Source: Escherichia coli | GTDB lineage: Bacteria > Pseudomonadota > Gammaproteobacteria > Enterobacterales > Enterobacteriaceae | Strand: one strand, 5' to 3' | DNA length: 64,000 nt | Assembly (NCBI RefSeq): GCF_001677475.2 | Contig: NZ_CP015229.1 | In this document: positions 18,761 through 28,117 of the stretch, one piece after another | Position numbering within the stretch: position 1 is the first letter of the stretch | How the letters are laid out: the number at the start of each line of letters is the position of its first letter | Made by a program: the position numbers and the translations under genes | Notes under the pieces: model-generated | Seen by the model: only the letters and a program-made list of their open reading frames with translations | What the model was told of the DNA's origin: nothing | Database searches by the model: none

Positions 18761-20256
18761 TGCGAACCTCCCTTGCCACGCAGTAGTTGCTCATAACTGC
18801 TCAGGTTATGCTGTATCACATTGACTACCGGCAACGCCTTTTCTTTTATACCCAGGAAGCGCATCAGCCGGTGCAGATCCACGTTTCCCGGGGTATTCAG
18901 CATCTGCTCCATACCTTTTGCCACGACTGAGATATCGTCGTATCCTGCAGCCAGTTTCAGGGCATGTACCATCAGCCTTCCTGCCATATCGGGCTCCAGA
19001 TGATTACATAAGCGACGCCACAGCCTCCGCCATTCATCGTCCGGCAGGATGTCATTTCTCAGCGTTGCATGGCAGAACGCACCGGGCTTTTTTGCCAGAC
19101 TGTCGATCACATGTCGGAAGTCGATACGACGGGCCCGCGTCTTCCCTTTTTCTGGTCTGACGCGAGGGCAGCTCATGACCTCGCTGCTGCCAACGTAACA
19201 GCTCAGACGATCGTCCCATAACCTGACCCGTAACAGTTGACCTACAAGCCGGGAAGGTACGCTGTAGACGACGTGCTTCACATTGATGGTACTGCTGCGA
19301 CTAACCCTCACAGTCAGCTCATCATAGTCAGCACTGCGACGAAGCGGCAGCGGTTTCAGATGAAGACGTTCTTCCTTGACCAGATCCTGATTGTTACGGT
19401 TGTGCCGCATAACCTGCTGAGTGATGAAGGCCTGATATTCTTCTATGGTGCTGAAGTCGTTACTGCCCCGCAGTATCAGCGCCTGACAGATACGCCTTTT
19501 CAGATGTCCGTGGGCACTTTCAACCGAGCCATTTTCGTGGCCCCGACCGGCATTATTGTGTACGCCCTGCATTCCGTAGTGCTGACAGAGAGTAGCATAA
19601 CGCTCAGTCAGCTCGCGGCGTCCATCTTCGCCCTGTTGTTTCCATGCTGCCCTCAGGCTGTCCGTTTTATGTTCTACCGGCACTCCGCCCAGTTGTCCGA
19701 GGGCTTCCTGCAGGCCTTCAGCCAGAGCAGAGAAGCTCTCACCACCCAGAACAACCCGCATCCAGCTCCAGTGGCTCCATTCCAGACGGAAGTGATACAA
19801 CTTATGCGCCAACAACTTACCGGCGATGGTGACAACTACACCTTTCAGTTCAGTAAAGTCCGACAGGCCTCGCAGGCCGGGCTGATGTTGCTGGCGGAAC
19901 ATGACCTCCTGCTCTGTACCATACTGTAGTTTCCATTCGCGAACCCGCCGTTGCATTGTTCTTCGAAGGCTGTTGGGGTACTGGCCGGGATATTTATCCT
20001 GTAGCATCTCCAGTAGAGTTGTTGGTGTCAGAGCCGGCCTCTCTTTCAACAGAGGAACAAGCATGCTGTCCCACACAGCTTCCAGAGGATCTTTGCGTGT
20101 GCGCCAGTGCCGAACACTGTTTTTTGCCCACTCTCCTTTTTCGATCCGACGACCAGAACGGACTGAGATACCAGCCTTCATGGCCGAGATATGCTGAGTT
20201 ATACCTTTCTTACGCTGAGTCATATAGTAACTGACCTGAGAAGTATTGAGCGTCAC
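18757..20256 (-). CDS. istA: IS21-family transposase IstA
   Basis: 499-aa ORF with N-terminal HTH and a DDE-type integrase core (HTDSLRAAW...GHENGSVESAHGHLKR); an alternative start is the internal Met at MTQRKKG. Confidence 0.85.
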   Translation of the reverse strand: MTLNTSQVSYYMTQRKKGITQHISAMKAGISVRSGRRIEKGEWAKNSVRHWRTRKDPLEAVWDSMLVPLLKERPALTPTTLLEMLQDKYPGQYPNSLRRTMQRRVREWKLQYGTEQEVMFRQQHQPGLRGLSDFTELKGVVVTIAGKLLAHKLYHFRLEWSHWSWMRVVLGGESFSALAEGLQEALGQLGGVPVEHKTDSLRAAWKQQGEDGRRELTERYATLCQHYGMQGVHNNAGRGHENGSVESAHGHLKRRICQALILRGSNDFSTIEEYQAFITQQVMRHNRNNQDLVKEERLHLKPLPLRRSADYDELTVRVSRSSTINVKHVVYSVPSRLVGQLLRVRLWDDRLSCYVGSSEVMSCPRVRPEKGKTRARRIDFRHVIDSLAKKPGAFCHATLRNDILPDDEWRRLWRRLCNHLEPDMAGRLMVHALKLAAGYDDISVVAKGMEQMLNTPGNVDLHRLMRFLGIKEKALPVVNVIQHNLSSYEQLLRGKGGSQ

Positions 20257-20347
20257 GCCATTTCCTGTTGGATCATGTAAATGACACTCAGGTTACAAAA
20301 CCGGCCAGAATAATCGGCGCCAGGCGGACTGAGTTATTGTCGTCTCA

Positions 20348-20354
20348 TACGCTG
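20348..20354. repeat. target-site duplication (TACGCTG), right copy
   Basis: See left copy; followed by the displaced native osmC 3' end gattaccagttgaaatcgtaa (DYQLKS-stop). Confidence 0.55.
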
Positions 20355-20381
20355 GATTACCAGTTGAAATCGTAAAGCGTT

Positions 20382-20403
20382 GCCGGATGACGCGTCATCC
20401 GGC
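20382..20403. terminator. perfect 22-bp palindrome (gccggatgacg/cgtcatccggc), likely bidirectional terminator
   Basis: Exact inverted repeat between the native osmC stop and the convergent dehydrogenase gene stop (20410). Confidence 0.5.
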
Positions 20404-20409
20404 GAACAC

Positions 20410-21180
20410 TTACTGCGCTACCCAACCGCCATCCATATTCCACGCCACCCCACGCACTTGTGCTGCCGCATCCGAACAGAGAAACAGCGCCAGTTCACCC
20501 AGTTGTTGCGGAGTCACAAATTCACGAGAAGGCTGTTTTTCTGCCAGTAAGGCGTCACGCGCGCTTTCCGCATCTTCGCCTTGCGCAATGCGCTTATCAA
20601 TCTGCTGTTGTACCAGCGGCGTCAGCACCCAGCCAGGGCAGAGCGCGTTGCAGGTAATACCCGTCTGCGCAGTTTCCAGAGCAATGGTCTTTGTGAGTCC
20701 CACCACGCCATGTTTTGCCGCAACATAAGCTGATTTGTCTTTCGACGCTACCAGCCCATGCACAGAGGCAATGTTAATGATCCGACCCCAGTTACGAGTG
20801 CGCATTTCTGGCAGTGCCAGACGCGTGGTGTGAAAGACAGAAGAGAGATTGATGGCGATAATGGCGTTCCATTTTTCTACAGGGAAAGATTCAACCGGGG
20901 AGACATACTGGATCCCGGCGTTATTCACCAGAATGTCCACACCGCCAAATTCCCGCCGTGCGTAGGCCATCATGTTGATAATTTGCGATTCATCGCTGAG
21001 GTCTGCCTCATGATAGCCAGGCGTTTTACCCATACGAGAAACCGCATTGATTGCCGCGTCAACATCACCGAAGCCGTTGAGGATCACTTGCGCGCCAGCG
21101 TTTGCCAGTGTCTGAGCAATACCGAGTCCGATACCGCTGGTGGACCCCGTCACCAGCGCAGTTTTACCTTGTAAATTCAT
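20410..21180 (-). CDS. short-chain dehydrogenase/reductase, 3-hydroxybutyrate dehydrogenase-like
   Basis: 256 aa; TGSTSGIGLGIA cofactor motif, NNAG, and the SxnYxxxK catalytic pattern (SAYVAAKHG). Overall resemblance to BdhA-type D-3-hydroxybutyrate dehydrogenases. Confidence 0.8.
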   Translation of the reverse strand: MNLQGKTALVTGSTSGIGLGIAQTLANAGAQVILNGFGDVDAAINAVSRMGKTPGYHEADLSDESQIINMMAYARREFGGVDILVNNAGIQYVSPVESFPVEKWNAIIAINLSSVFHTTRLALPEMRTRNWGRIINIASVHGLVASKDKSAYVAAKHGVVGLTKTIALETAQTGITCNALCPGWVLTPLVQQQIDKRIAQGEDAESARDALLAEKQPSREFVTPQQLGELALFLCSDAAAQVRGVAWNMDGGWVAQ

Positions 21181-21191
21181 GATGATTTTCC

Positions 21192-22583
21192 TTAGACAAT
21201 GCCGGTGGTGTAGTACACGCCGATGATAAACAGCACGGCCAGACTTTTAATGATCGTAATTGCGAAGATGCCGCCGTAAGCCTGACGGTGACTCAGCCCA
21301 GTAATTGCCAGCAGGGTGATCACAGCGCCGTTATGGGGCAATGTATCCATGCCGCCACTGGCCATAGATGCCACGCGGTGAAAAACTTCCAGTGGAATAT
21401 TGGCAGCGTGCGCAGCGGCAATAAAAGTGTCGGACATAGCCGCAAGAGCAATACTCATCCCGCCGGACGCTGAACCGGTAATTCCGGCAAGTGTGGTGAT
21501 GCTGATGGCTTCGTTGAGTAATGGATCAGGAATGGCGGCCAGCGCCTTTGAGAGCACCAGAAAACCGGGTAGGGCGGCGATAACCGCACCGAAGCCATAT
21601 TCTGAGGCGGTGTTCATCGCAGCCAGAATTGCGCCGCCTACCGCTGTACGGCTTCCTTCTGCCAGTCTTCCATGAATATTGCGATATCCAAAAATCACTA
21701 CCAGCAAAATTCCGGCAATGAGCGCAGCTTCGACGGCCCAGATTGCGGTGATTTTGGCGACATCTGTGGTAATCGGGGCGGTAAGTCCCGGCAACTCCAG
21801 TTGGTGGCTCGCACCGTACCAAACAGGGATCCACCAGGTAAACAACAAGTTCAACAGCCCCACCAGAATCAATGGTGAAATCGCAATGAGTGGGTTCGGT
21901 AAATTGATGTTATCTGGTGTTTCAGGTTCATTAAGTAACTCTGTGCCGTAACCTTCATTTTTTGCCTGCGCTTTACGACGCTGCCGCTCCAGATAGATAA
22001 GCCCGACGGCAATGATAAACAGTGAACCAATAAGCCCCAGCCACGGCGCGGCCCAGGCGTTGGTGCCAAAGAAACTGGTAGGAATAATGTTCTGAATTTG
22101 TGGCGTGCCGGGCAGAGCGTCCATAGTAAAAGAGAATGCTCCCAGGGCCACCGTTGCCGGTATAAGTCGTTTTGGGATGTTACTCTGGCGGAACAGTTCA
22201 GCCGCGAACGGATAAACGGCAAATGCCACCACAAACAGCGACACTCCGCCATAGGTGAGTAATGCACATACCAGCACAATCACCGGAATCGCATGCCGCC
22301 GGCCGAGAATGTTGATTGCAGCAGCGACAATCGAACGAGAAAATCCTGAAAGTTCAATCAGTTTTCCGAACACGGCCCCGAGCAGAAACACCGGGAAGTA
22401 CAATTTCACGAAGCCGACCATTTTTTCCATGAACAGGCCGGTAAATGCTGGGCCAACGGCCCCCGGATCGGTGACAAGAACAGCGCCTAATGCTGCGATG
22501 GGGGCAAAAAGGATAACGCTGTATCCGCGATAGGCTGCCAGCATTAGCAGCCCAAGCGCGGCAAGGGCGATTAATACACTCAT
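21192..22583 (-). CDS. GntP-family hydroxy-acid/H+ permease
   Basis: 463 aa, highly hydrophobic with GntP-like organisation; gene order resembles Bacillus yxjC-scoAB-bdh. Confidence 0.8.
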   Translation of the reverse strand: MSVLIALAALGLLMLAAYRGYSVILFAPIAALGAVLVTDPGAVGPAFTGLFMEKMVGFVKLYFPVFLLGAVFGKLIELSGFSRSIVAAAINILGRRHAIPVIVLVCALLTYGGVSLFVVAFAVYPFAAELFRQSNIPKRLIPATVALGAFSFTMDALPGTPQIQNIIPTSFFGTNAWAAPWLGLIGSLFIIAVGLIYLERQRRKAQAKNEGYGTELLNEPETPDNINLPNPLIAISPLILVGLLNLLFTWWIPVWYGASHQLELPGLTAPITTDVAKITAIWAVEAALIAGILLVVIFGYRNIHGRLAEGSRTAVGGAILAAMNTASEYGFGAVIAALPGFLVLSKALAAIPDPLLNEAISITTLAGITGSASGGMSIALAAMSDTFIAAAHAANIPLEVFHRVASMASGGMDTLPHNGAVITLLAITGLSHRQAYGGIFAITIIKSLAVLFIIGVYYTTGIV

Positions 22584-22628
22584 CGGGACTCCTCAATATC
22601 GTTGTTATAGTGGGTACAGCGAGAGAAG

Positions 22629-23552
22629 TTATGGTTTAAGGGCGAAGCGAAGTTGATGTTCCCGACGCTGCTGGATGTACTGCTTCCGCGATTCATCCCA
22701 GCAGTAAAATCCCTGACCGCTACGTACGCCGATGTCTCCACGTTCCACTTTTTCGGCAACTAATGACATCATGTCGCTGCCAGTCGCTAGTTCAGGGAGC
22801 AGATGGCGACAAATATCCTGCACCGTCGAAAGTCCGGTCATGTCGGCGGCCTCCAGCGGGCCGACCATGGCATAACGTCGCCCAAGCGAGGCGCGCATCA
22901 CCTGATCCACCACTTCTGCACTGGCGATGCCGCTTTTTACGATATGCAGGGCTTCACGCAACAGTGCAAATTGCAGACGGTTGCCGACAAATCCTGGCGC
23001 AGCGCGATCCAGCAACACTGCTTCCAGTTGCAGTGACACAAGCAAGTGTTGCAGCCAGTGCAAATGCTTTGGCTCGGTAACGCTGCCGGGGATAATCTCC
23101 ACAAGTGGAATGAAGTGCGGCGGATGCCAGAAATGGGCGATCAGCAGTCGTTGCGGGTAGCGCATCTTCGCGGCCAGATCATCGGGCGGCAGACCGCTGG
23201 TATTGCTGGCGACAATGGCCTCAGGAGAAATAAGCGTTTCAAGCTCGGTATATAATGCGTGTTTTAGTTCAAGTCGCTCCGGGATCGCCTCAATCAGTAG
23301 TTGCGAGTCGGCGATGTCTGCAAGAGAAGTCGTGCCGTGCAGACGTTTAAGCACATTCTCTTTTTCCGGGGCAGTAAACTGTTCGCAGCTAATCAGCTCA
23401 TCAAGAATTCCGCCTGCAACTACGTGGATTTCTGCAATCCGGCTCTGCTCGGTATCGTACAGCCAGATATCATGACCAAAGCGGGCGAAATGAGTGGCAA
23501 TCCCCACGCCCATCAATCCGGCGCCCAGTACCGCAAATTGTTCAGTTTGCAT
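22629..23552 (-). CDS. 3-hydroxyacyl-CoA dehydrogenase-family NAD-dependent dehydrogenase (subfamily with the HPP..IPLVE motif)
   Basis: 307 aa; N-terminal Rossmann fold ([12 protein letters not shown]) and [14 protein letters not shown]. That motif is the variant I associate with family members acting on free 3-hydroxy acids (L-carnitine or L-gulonate 3-dehydrogenase type) rather than classic Hbd. Confidence 0.75.
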   Translation of the reverse strand: MQTEQFAVLGAGLMGVGIATHFARFGHDIWLYDTEQSRIAEIHVVAGGILDELISCEQFTAPEKENVLKRLHGTTSLADIADSQLLIEAIPERLELKHALYTELETLISPEAIVASNTSGLPPDDLAAKMRYPQRLLIAHFWHPPHFIPLVEIIPGSVTEPKHLHWLQHLLVSLQLEAVLLDRAAPGFVGNRLQFALLREALHIVKSGIASAEVVDQVMRASLGRRYAMVGPLEAADMTGLSTVQDICRHLLPELATGSDMMSLVAEKVERGDIGVRSGQGFYCWDESRKQYIQQRREHQLRFALKP

Positions 23553-24746
23553 GGTGTTCTCCTGTGGTTCTTTCCAGTGTCAGCGCCACGCCCTGACCGC
23601 CACCGACGCACAGCGTCGCCAGCCCTTTTTGCGCATTACGTCGCGCCATTTCATAAATGAGAGTGACCAGAATGCGGCAACCGGAAGCGCCAATAGGATG
23701 CCCAAGTGCGATTGCGCCGCCGTTAACATTCACTTTGTCGCAATCCCAGTTCAGTTCGTCGCCAACGGCCAGCGCCTGCGCTGCGAAAGCCTCGTTGGCT
23801 TCAATAAGATCAATATCTTCCAGCGTCCATCCGCAACGCTTAAGACATTCGCGGGAGCGGCGACCGGACCAATGCCCATAAAGGCAGGATCGACGCCAGA
23901 AACGGCATAACCAGCCACCCGAGCCAGCACAGGGAGACCAAGTTCGGCAGCTTTGCTGGCGCGCATTAACATGACTGCGGCGGCACCATCATTGATGGAA
24001 GAAGCATTTCCTGCGGTGACGCTTCCCGCCCCCGGAAGAAAGGCCGGTTTCAGTTGTGCTAGTTTTTCCAGTTGCGTCCCGGAACGTGGTTGTTCGTCGG
24101 TATTTACCCTGCGTGGTGGTTTTTTACCTTGTGGTACGCTGACCGGAGTAATTTCGTCTGCAAAGCGCCCGGCTTCCATTGCGGCAGCGGCTTTTTGCTG
24201 AGAACGTAGCGCGAATGTGTCCTGTCGCTCGCGACTGATGGCATATTTTTGCGCCAGGTTTTCTGCAGTAATGCCCATGTGGTAATCATTGAAAGCGTCC
24301 CATAGTCCGTCATGCACCACGCTGTCTTTCATGCTGGTATGCCCGAGGCGTAAACCTGCCCGTGCGCCATCAATAAAATAGGGCGCGTTACTCATGCTTT
24401 CCTGGCCACCTGCGATAATTATCTGTGCATCACCGCAACGGATCGCCTGTACGGCCTGGTGTACTGCTTTCAGACCGGAACCACATACCAGGTTGATGGT
24501 AACGGCGGGTGTATCGTGGCTTAACCCGGCTTTGAGCGCCGATTGCCGTGCCGGATTTTGTCCGCTTCCGGCAGTCAGGACCTGACCAAAAATCACTTCG
24601 TCGATCTGTTCTGCTGCAAGTGCTGTTTTCTCCAGCAATGAACGGATGGTGGCAGCGCCGAGATCAACCGCAGAAAGTGGGGCGAGAGCGCCATGAAAAC
24701 AGCCAATCGGTGTGCGCGTAGCGGCAACAATAACAACGTCCTGCAT
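23542..24746 (-). pseudogene. acetyl-CoA acetyltransferase (thiolase) gene interrupted by a 1-nt frameshift
   Basis: The N-terminal ORF (23751..24746; MQDVVIVAATRTPIG...GIGPV) and the C-terminal ORF (23542..23733; ...[25 protein letters not shown]...) are both thiolase but in different frames. Manual translation shows the thiolase frame resumes ([29 protein letters not shown]...) just after GIGPV, so the shift lies near plus-strand 23850-23862. Confidence 0.75.
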
Positions 24747-24755
24747 GGTGATTCC

Positions 24756-25412
24756 TCAGTTGAATTGCATTTCCGGGACATGTTCCGGCACAAACAACTT
24801 ACCGGCGGTTTTGGCGATGATTTCCGCAACGCTGATTCCCGGCGCGCGCTCGCGCAGAATGAAAGCTCCGTCAGCAATTTCCAGCAGAGCAAGGTCGGTT
24901 AAGACGCGTTTGATGCATCCGGCGCCGGTCAACGGAAGGGTACAGTCAGGAAGCAGTTTGGATTCGCCGGATTTGGAGGCGTGGGTCATTACCACAATAA
25001 TATTCTCGGCACCGGCAACCAGATCCATGGCACCGCCCATGCCTTTAACCATCTTGCCGGGGATCATCCATGAGGCAATGTTGCCATTCACATCCACTTC
25101 AAATACGCCAAGTACAGTCAGATCCACATGACCGCCACGGATCATGGCGAATGATTGCGCCGAATCGAAAATTGCCGCGCCTTTCCGCGCGGTAACGGTT
25201 TGTTTACCGGCATTAATCATGTCGGCGTCCAGTTCGTCTTCCGTAGGAAATGCGCCCATTCCCAGCAAACCGTTTTCTGACTGCAACATCACATCCATCC
25301 CGTCAGGAATGTAGTTTGCCACCAGGGTCGGGATACCAATGCCGAGATTGACGTAATAGCCATCGCGCAATTCGCGGGCGACTCGCATCGCCATTTGTTC
25401 ACGGGTTAACAT
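24756..25412 (-). CDS. 3-oxoacid CoA-transferase subunit B (ScoB/AtoA/DhcB-like)
   Basis: 218 aa; conserved ...SENGLLGMGAFP... region with the catalytic Glu of family I CoA-transferase beta subunits. Confidence 0.85.
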   Translation of the reverse strand: MLTREQMAMRVARELRDGYYVNLGIGIPTLVANYIPDGMDVMLQSENGLLGMGAFPTEDELDADMINAGKQTVTARKGAAIFDSAQSFAMIRGGHVDLTVLGVFEVDVNGNIASWMIPGKMVKGMGGAMDLVAGAENIIVVMTHASKSGESKLLPDCTLPLTGAGCIKRVLTDLALLEIADGAFILRERAPGISVAEIIAKTAGKLFVPEHVPEMQFN

Positions 25413-25414
25413 GG

Positions 25415-26122
25415 TCAGGCTCCTTTGCGGCTAAGGGTGCGTTGTTCAATGCGTTTTTCAAATTGCCCCTGAATGACGCGATTAACAAAAATCCCCGGGG
25501 TATGGATAGCGGCAGGATCAAGTTCACCAGGTGGCACTATTTCTTCCACTTCCACCACGGTGATTTTTCCGGCAGCCGCCATCAGTGGGTTGAAGTTTTG
25601 CGCGGTATGACGATAAATCACGTTGCCGTACCAGTCGGCTTTCCAGCCTTTGACCAGGGCAAAATCACCGGTGATAGCCTGTTCCATGATGTACGGGCGA
25701 CCGTTGAATTCGCGGACTTCTTTCCCTTCGGCAACGGGAGTACCGTAACCGGTGGCAGTAAAGAACGCCGGGATACCCGCGCCGCCTGCGCGCAGTTGTT
25801 CTGCCAGGGTTCCTTGTGGTGTGAGAATCGCCTCCAGTTCGCCGTTAAGCACCTGTTTTTCAAACAAAGCATTCTCGCCAACATAAGAAGCGACGACTTT
25901 ACGGATCTGTCGGCTTTCCAGTAGTACATCCAGTCCAAAACCATCTACGCCACAGTTATTGGAAACCACCGTTAATCCGGTTACTCCACGGTGGCGAACT
26001 TCAGCAATCAGATTCTCCGGGATGCCGCACAGGCCAAAACCTCCTGCCAGAATCGTCATCTCATTGGTAAGTCCTTCAAGCGCCTCGTGATACGTAGCGA
26101 CCCGTTTATCCAACCCAGCCAT
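25415..26122 (-). CDS. 3-oxoacid CoA-transferase subunit A (ScoA/AtoD/DhcA-like)
   Basis: 235 aa; MAGLDKRV... and the [10 protein letters not shown] motif typical of alpha subunits; 2-bp spacing to subunit B. Confidence 0.85.
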   Translation of the reverse strand: MAGLDKRVATYHEALEGLTNEMTILAGGFGLCGIPENLIAEVRHRGVTGLTVVSNNCGVDGFGLDVLLESRQIRKVVASYVGENALFEKQVLNGELEAILTPQGTLAEQLRAGGAGIPAFFTATGYGTPVAEGKEVREFNGRPYIMEQAITGDFALVKGWKADWYGNVIYRHTAQNFNPLMAAAGKITVVEVEEIVPPGELDPAAIHTPGIFVNRVIQGQFEKRIEQRTLSRKGA

Positions 26123-26263
26123 ACAGTTGCCCTCCAGTTGTCCTTTTCAACATCATTAAGGGCAAAAAATGATTTGTTAATTTTAAATTTGTGACTCATT
26201 CATTTGTATTATTTATCAATACAATGTTAATTAAATGTATTCAGTAGGTTAACGGGGTGCCAG

Positions 26264-27154
26264 ATGAAAATGAGCATCAAACAGTTACGCGCGTTTTTAG
26301 CGGTAGCTCACACTCTGAACTTTGCCCATGCCAGTGAACGGCTGAATATGTCGCAGCCTGCGCTAAGTCTTGCCATTAAAGGACTGGAAGATGCCTTAGG
26401 GGGCGCTTTACTGCTGCGTACTACGCGAAAAGTGACATTAACCCAGGAGGGGGAAACGCTATTGTCGATGGCACGGCCTTTGCTGGCTGACTGGGATAAC
26501 ACTGAGGAGGCCATGCGTCAGCGATTCACGCTCAGGCGGGGCAAAGTCTCGGTGGCAGCGATGCCGTCATTTGCAGCCAACGTTCTGCCTCCGGTGCTGA
26601 AAACCTTCCGCGATTGTTATTCAGGGATTAATGTCACCGTGCACGATGTGGTGAATGAGCAGGTGATCGAAATGGTGAGCGAAGGGCGTGTGGAGATGGG
26701 TATTGCCTTTGAACCTGACTATTGCGGCCATGTGCATTTTACCCCACTGGGCGTGGATCGGTTTGTCGCTATTGTTCCAGCCGATTCACGACTGGCAAAT
26801 CGGCAACGCGTGAGTTGGCGGGATTTGCTGACGCTCGATTTTATCACCCTCCAGCGACCGTCAGCCGTCAGGTTGATGCTGGAGGAGCAGTTGGCACAAA
26901 GTGGAACGCAACTGGAAGTGTCGCTGGAAAGCCATCAACTGGTTACGGTTGGGCGGCTGGTGGCAAACGGTTTGGGAGGAAGCGCTGTGCCTGCGCTGTG
27001 CCGCAGGCAGATGAGCGAACTGGGCGCAGTGTGTCTGGAACTGGATAATCCAGTGATTGAGCGACGAGTAGGCGTACTGCGTTCGTCACACCATAAGCTT
27101 TCTACTGCGGCGCAGGCGTTGATGGAAACGTTAAAAAAAACCTATGACGCATAA
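26264..27154 (+). CDS. LysR-family transcriptional regulator, divergent from the CoA-transferase operon
   Basis: 296 aa; N-terminal HTH (IKQLRAFLAVAHTLNFAHASERLNMSQPALSLAIKGLEDALG) plus a LysR substrate-binding domain; the start may be the ATG at 26270. Confidence 0.85.
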   Translation: MKMSIKQLRAFLAVAHTLNFAHASERLNMSQPALSLAIKGLEDALGGALLLRTTRKVTLTQEGETLLSMARPLLADWDNTEEAMRQRFTLRRGKVSVAAMPSFAANVLPPVLKTFRDCYSGINVTVHDVVNEQVIEMVSEGRVEMGIAFEPDYCGHVHFTPLGVDRFVAIVPADSRLANRQRVSWRDLLTLDFITLQRPSAVRLMLEEQLAQSGTQLEVSLESHQLVTVGRLVANGLGGSAVPALCRRQMSELGAVCLELDNPVIERRVGVLRSSHHKLSTAAQALMETLKKTYDA

Positions 27155-27190
27155 CGTTTCCGCAGACATGCAATAGCCGGATGCCGCGTC

Positions 27191-28117
27191 CTACAGCGCC
27201 CGCCAGCAACGGATCTCACGTCCGTCAGCCCGCGTCGTTAATGATTGCCGGACTTCGCATCCGCTGGTTGCAAGGGGGCAACGTTCGCGGAAAAAACAGC
27301 CTTGTGGCAACGTGCGGTTTCCTGGTAGATCCGTTTTACGTAATGCCCATTCTTCCTCCAGCGGTTTATCAATGGCGGGGAGGGAATCCAGCAATAATCG
27401 GGTGTAGGGATGTGCCGGAGCTGTCAGCACCTGTTGCGCGTCTCCTAGTTCCACAATCTGTCCGAGATACATCACCGCCACCCGATCGCTCATATGACGT
27501 ATCACCGAGACATTGTGTGAAATCAGCACATAAGTCAGCTCGCGATTTTCCTGTAGCGTTACCAGTAAATTGAGGATCTGCGCCTGCACGGAGATATCCA
27601 GCGCCGAGGTTGGTTCATCAAGCACAATCACGTCAGGCTGCGAAGAGAGTGCTCTGGCAATGGCGATACGTTGCCGCTGCCCGCCTGAGAACGCATGAGG
27701 CAAGCGGTCGAGATACTCCGGACGAATACCCACCTGCACAGCCAGCTCCTCTGCCAACGCTCGCCGCTGTTGTTCACTACTACGCTTAGCAATCCAGAGC
27801 GGTTCCGTGATGATGCGCCACACCGGTAAGCGCGGATTAAGCGAAGAGAGCGGGTCCTGAAACACCATCTGCATAATGCGTTGTGATCCTGAACGGATGT
27901 ACTGCCCGTGGCTTGGTTGCAGCATACCCATTAAAAGCTGTGCGAGGGTGCTTTTGCCGCAGCCTGACTCACCTACGATCCCTAAGGTTTCACCACGACG
28001 GATCTGTAAATCAATACCATTGATGGCATGAACATGTTCCGTAGTTTTACCAAGCCAGTTTTTTCGGGCCGGGAAATTGATATGGACGTCGCGTAACGTT
28101 AATAACGTGTCAGACAC
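27191..28117 (-). CDS. ddpF: D,D-dipeptide ABC transporter ATP-binding protein
   Basis: ORF trimmed to the GTG at 28117 (V/MSDTLLTLRDVHINF...), preceded by AGGAGG; 308 aa; Walker A GESGCGKST. Confidence 0.88.
   Translation of the reverse strand: MSDTLLTLRDVHINFPARKNWLGKTTEHVHAINGIDLQIRRGETLGIVGESGCGKSTLAQLLMGMLQPSHGQYIRSGSQRIMQMVFQDPLSSLNPRLPVWRIITEPLWIAKRSSEQQRRALAEELAVQVGIRPEYLDRLPHAFSGGQRQRIAIARALSSQPDVIVLDEPTSALDISVQAQILNLLVTLQENRELTYVLISHNVSVIRHMSDRVAVMYLGQIVELGDAQQVLTAPAHPYTRLLLDSLPAIDKPLEEEWALRKTDLPGNRTLPQGCFFRERCPLATSGCEVRQSLTTRADGREIRCWRAL

Larger units (their letters stand above)
17939..20347 (-). mobile_element. IS21-family insertion sequence (istA-istB), about 2.4 kb, inserted in the 3' end of osmC
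   Basis: Contains overlapping istA and istB. Imperfect terminal inverted repeats: 17961-17986 gccgactcgcgccaactatactggcc versus reverse complement of 20303-20328 (19 of 26 identical). Flanked by the 7-bp direct repeat TACGCTG. Boundaries accurate to a few bp. Confidence 0.8.

Noticed and set aside
19237-19929. 230-aa plus-strand ORF inside the IS element
   Set aside because: Antisense to the istA transposase frame, which carries the recognisable HTH and DDE-type core.
17939-27170. Possibility that the IS plus downstream cluster is a prophage or integrative island
   Set aside because: No integrase, phage structural genes or tRNA attachment site; the IS has its own target duplication and the cluster is purely metabolic.
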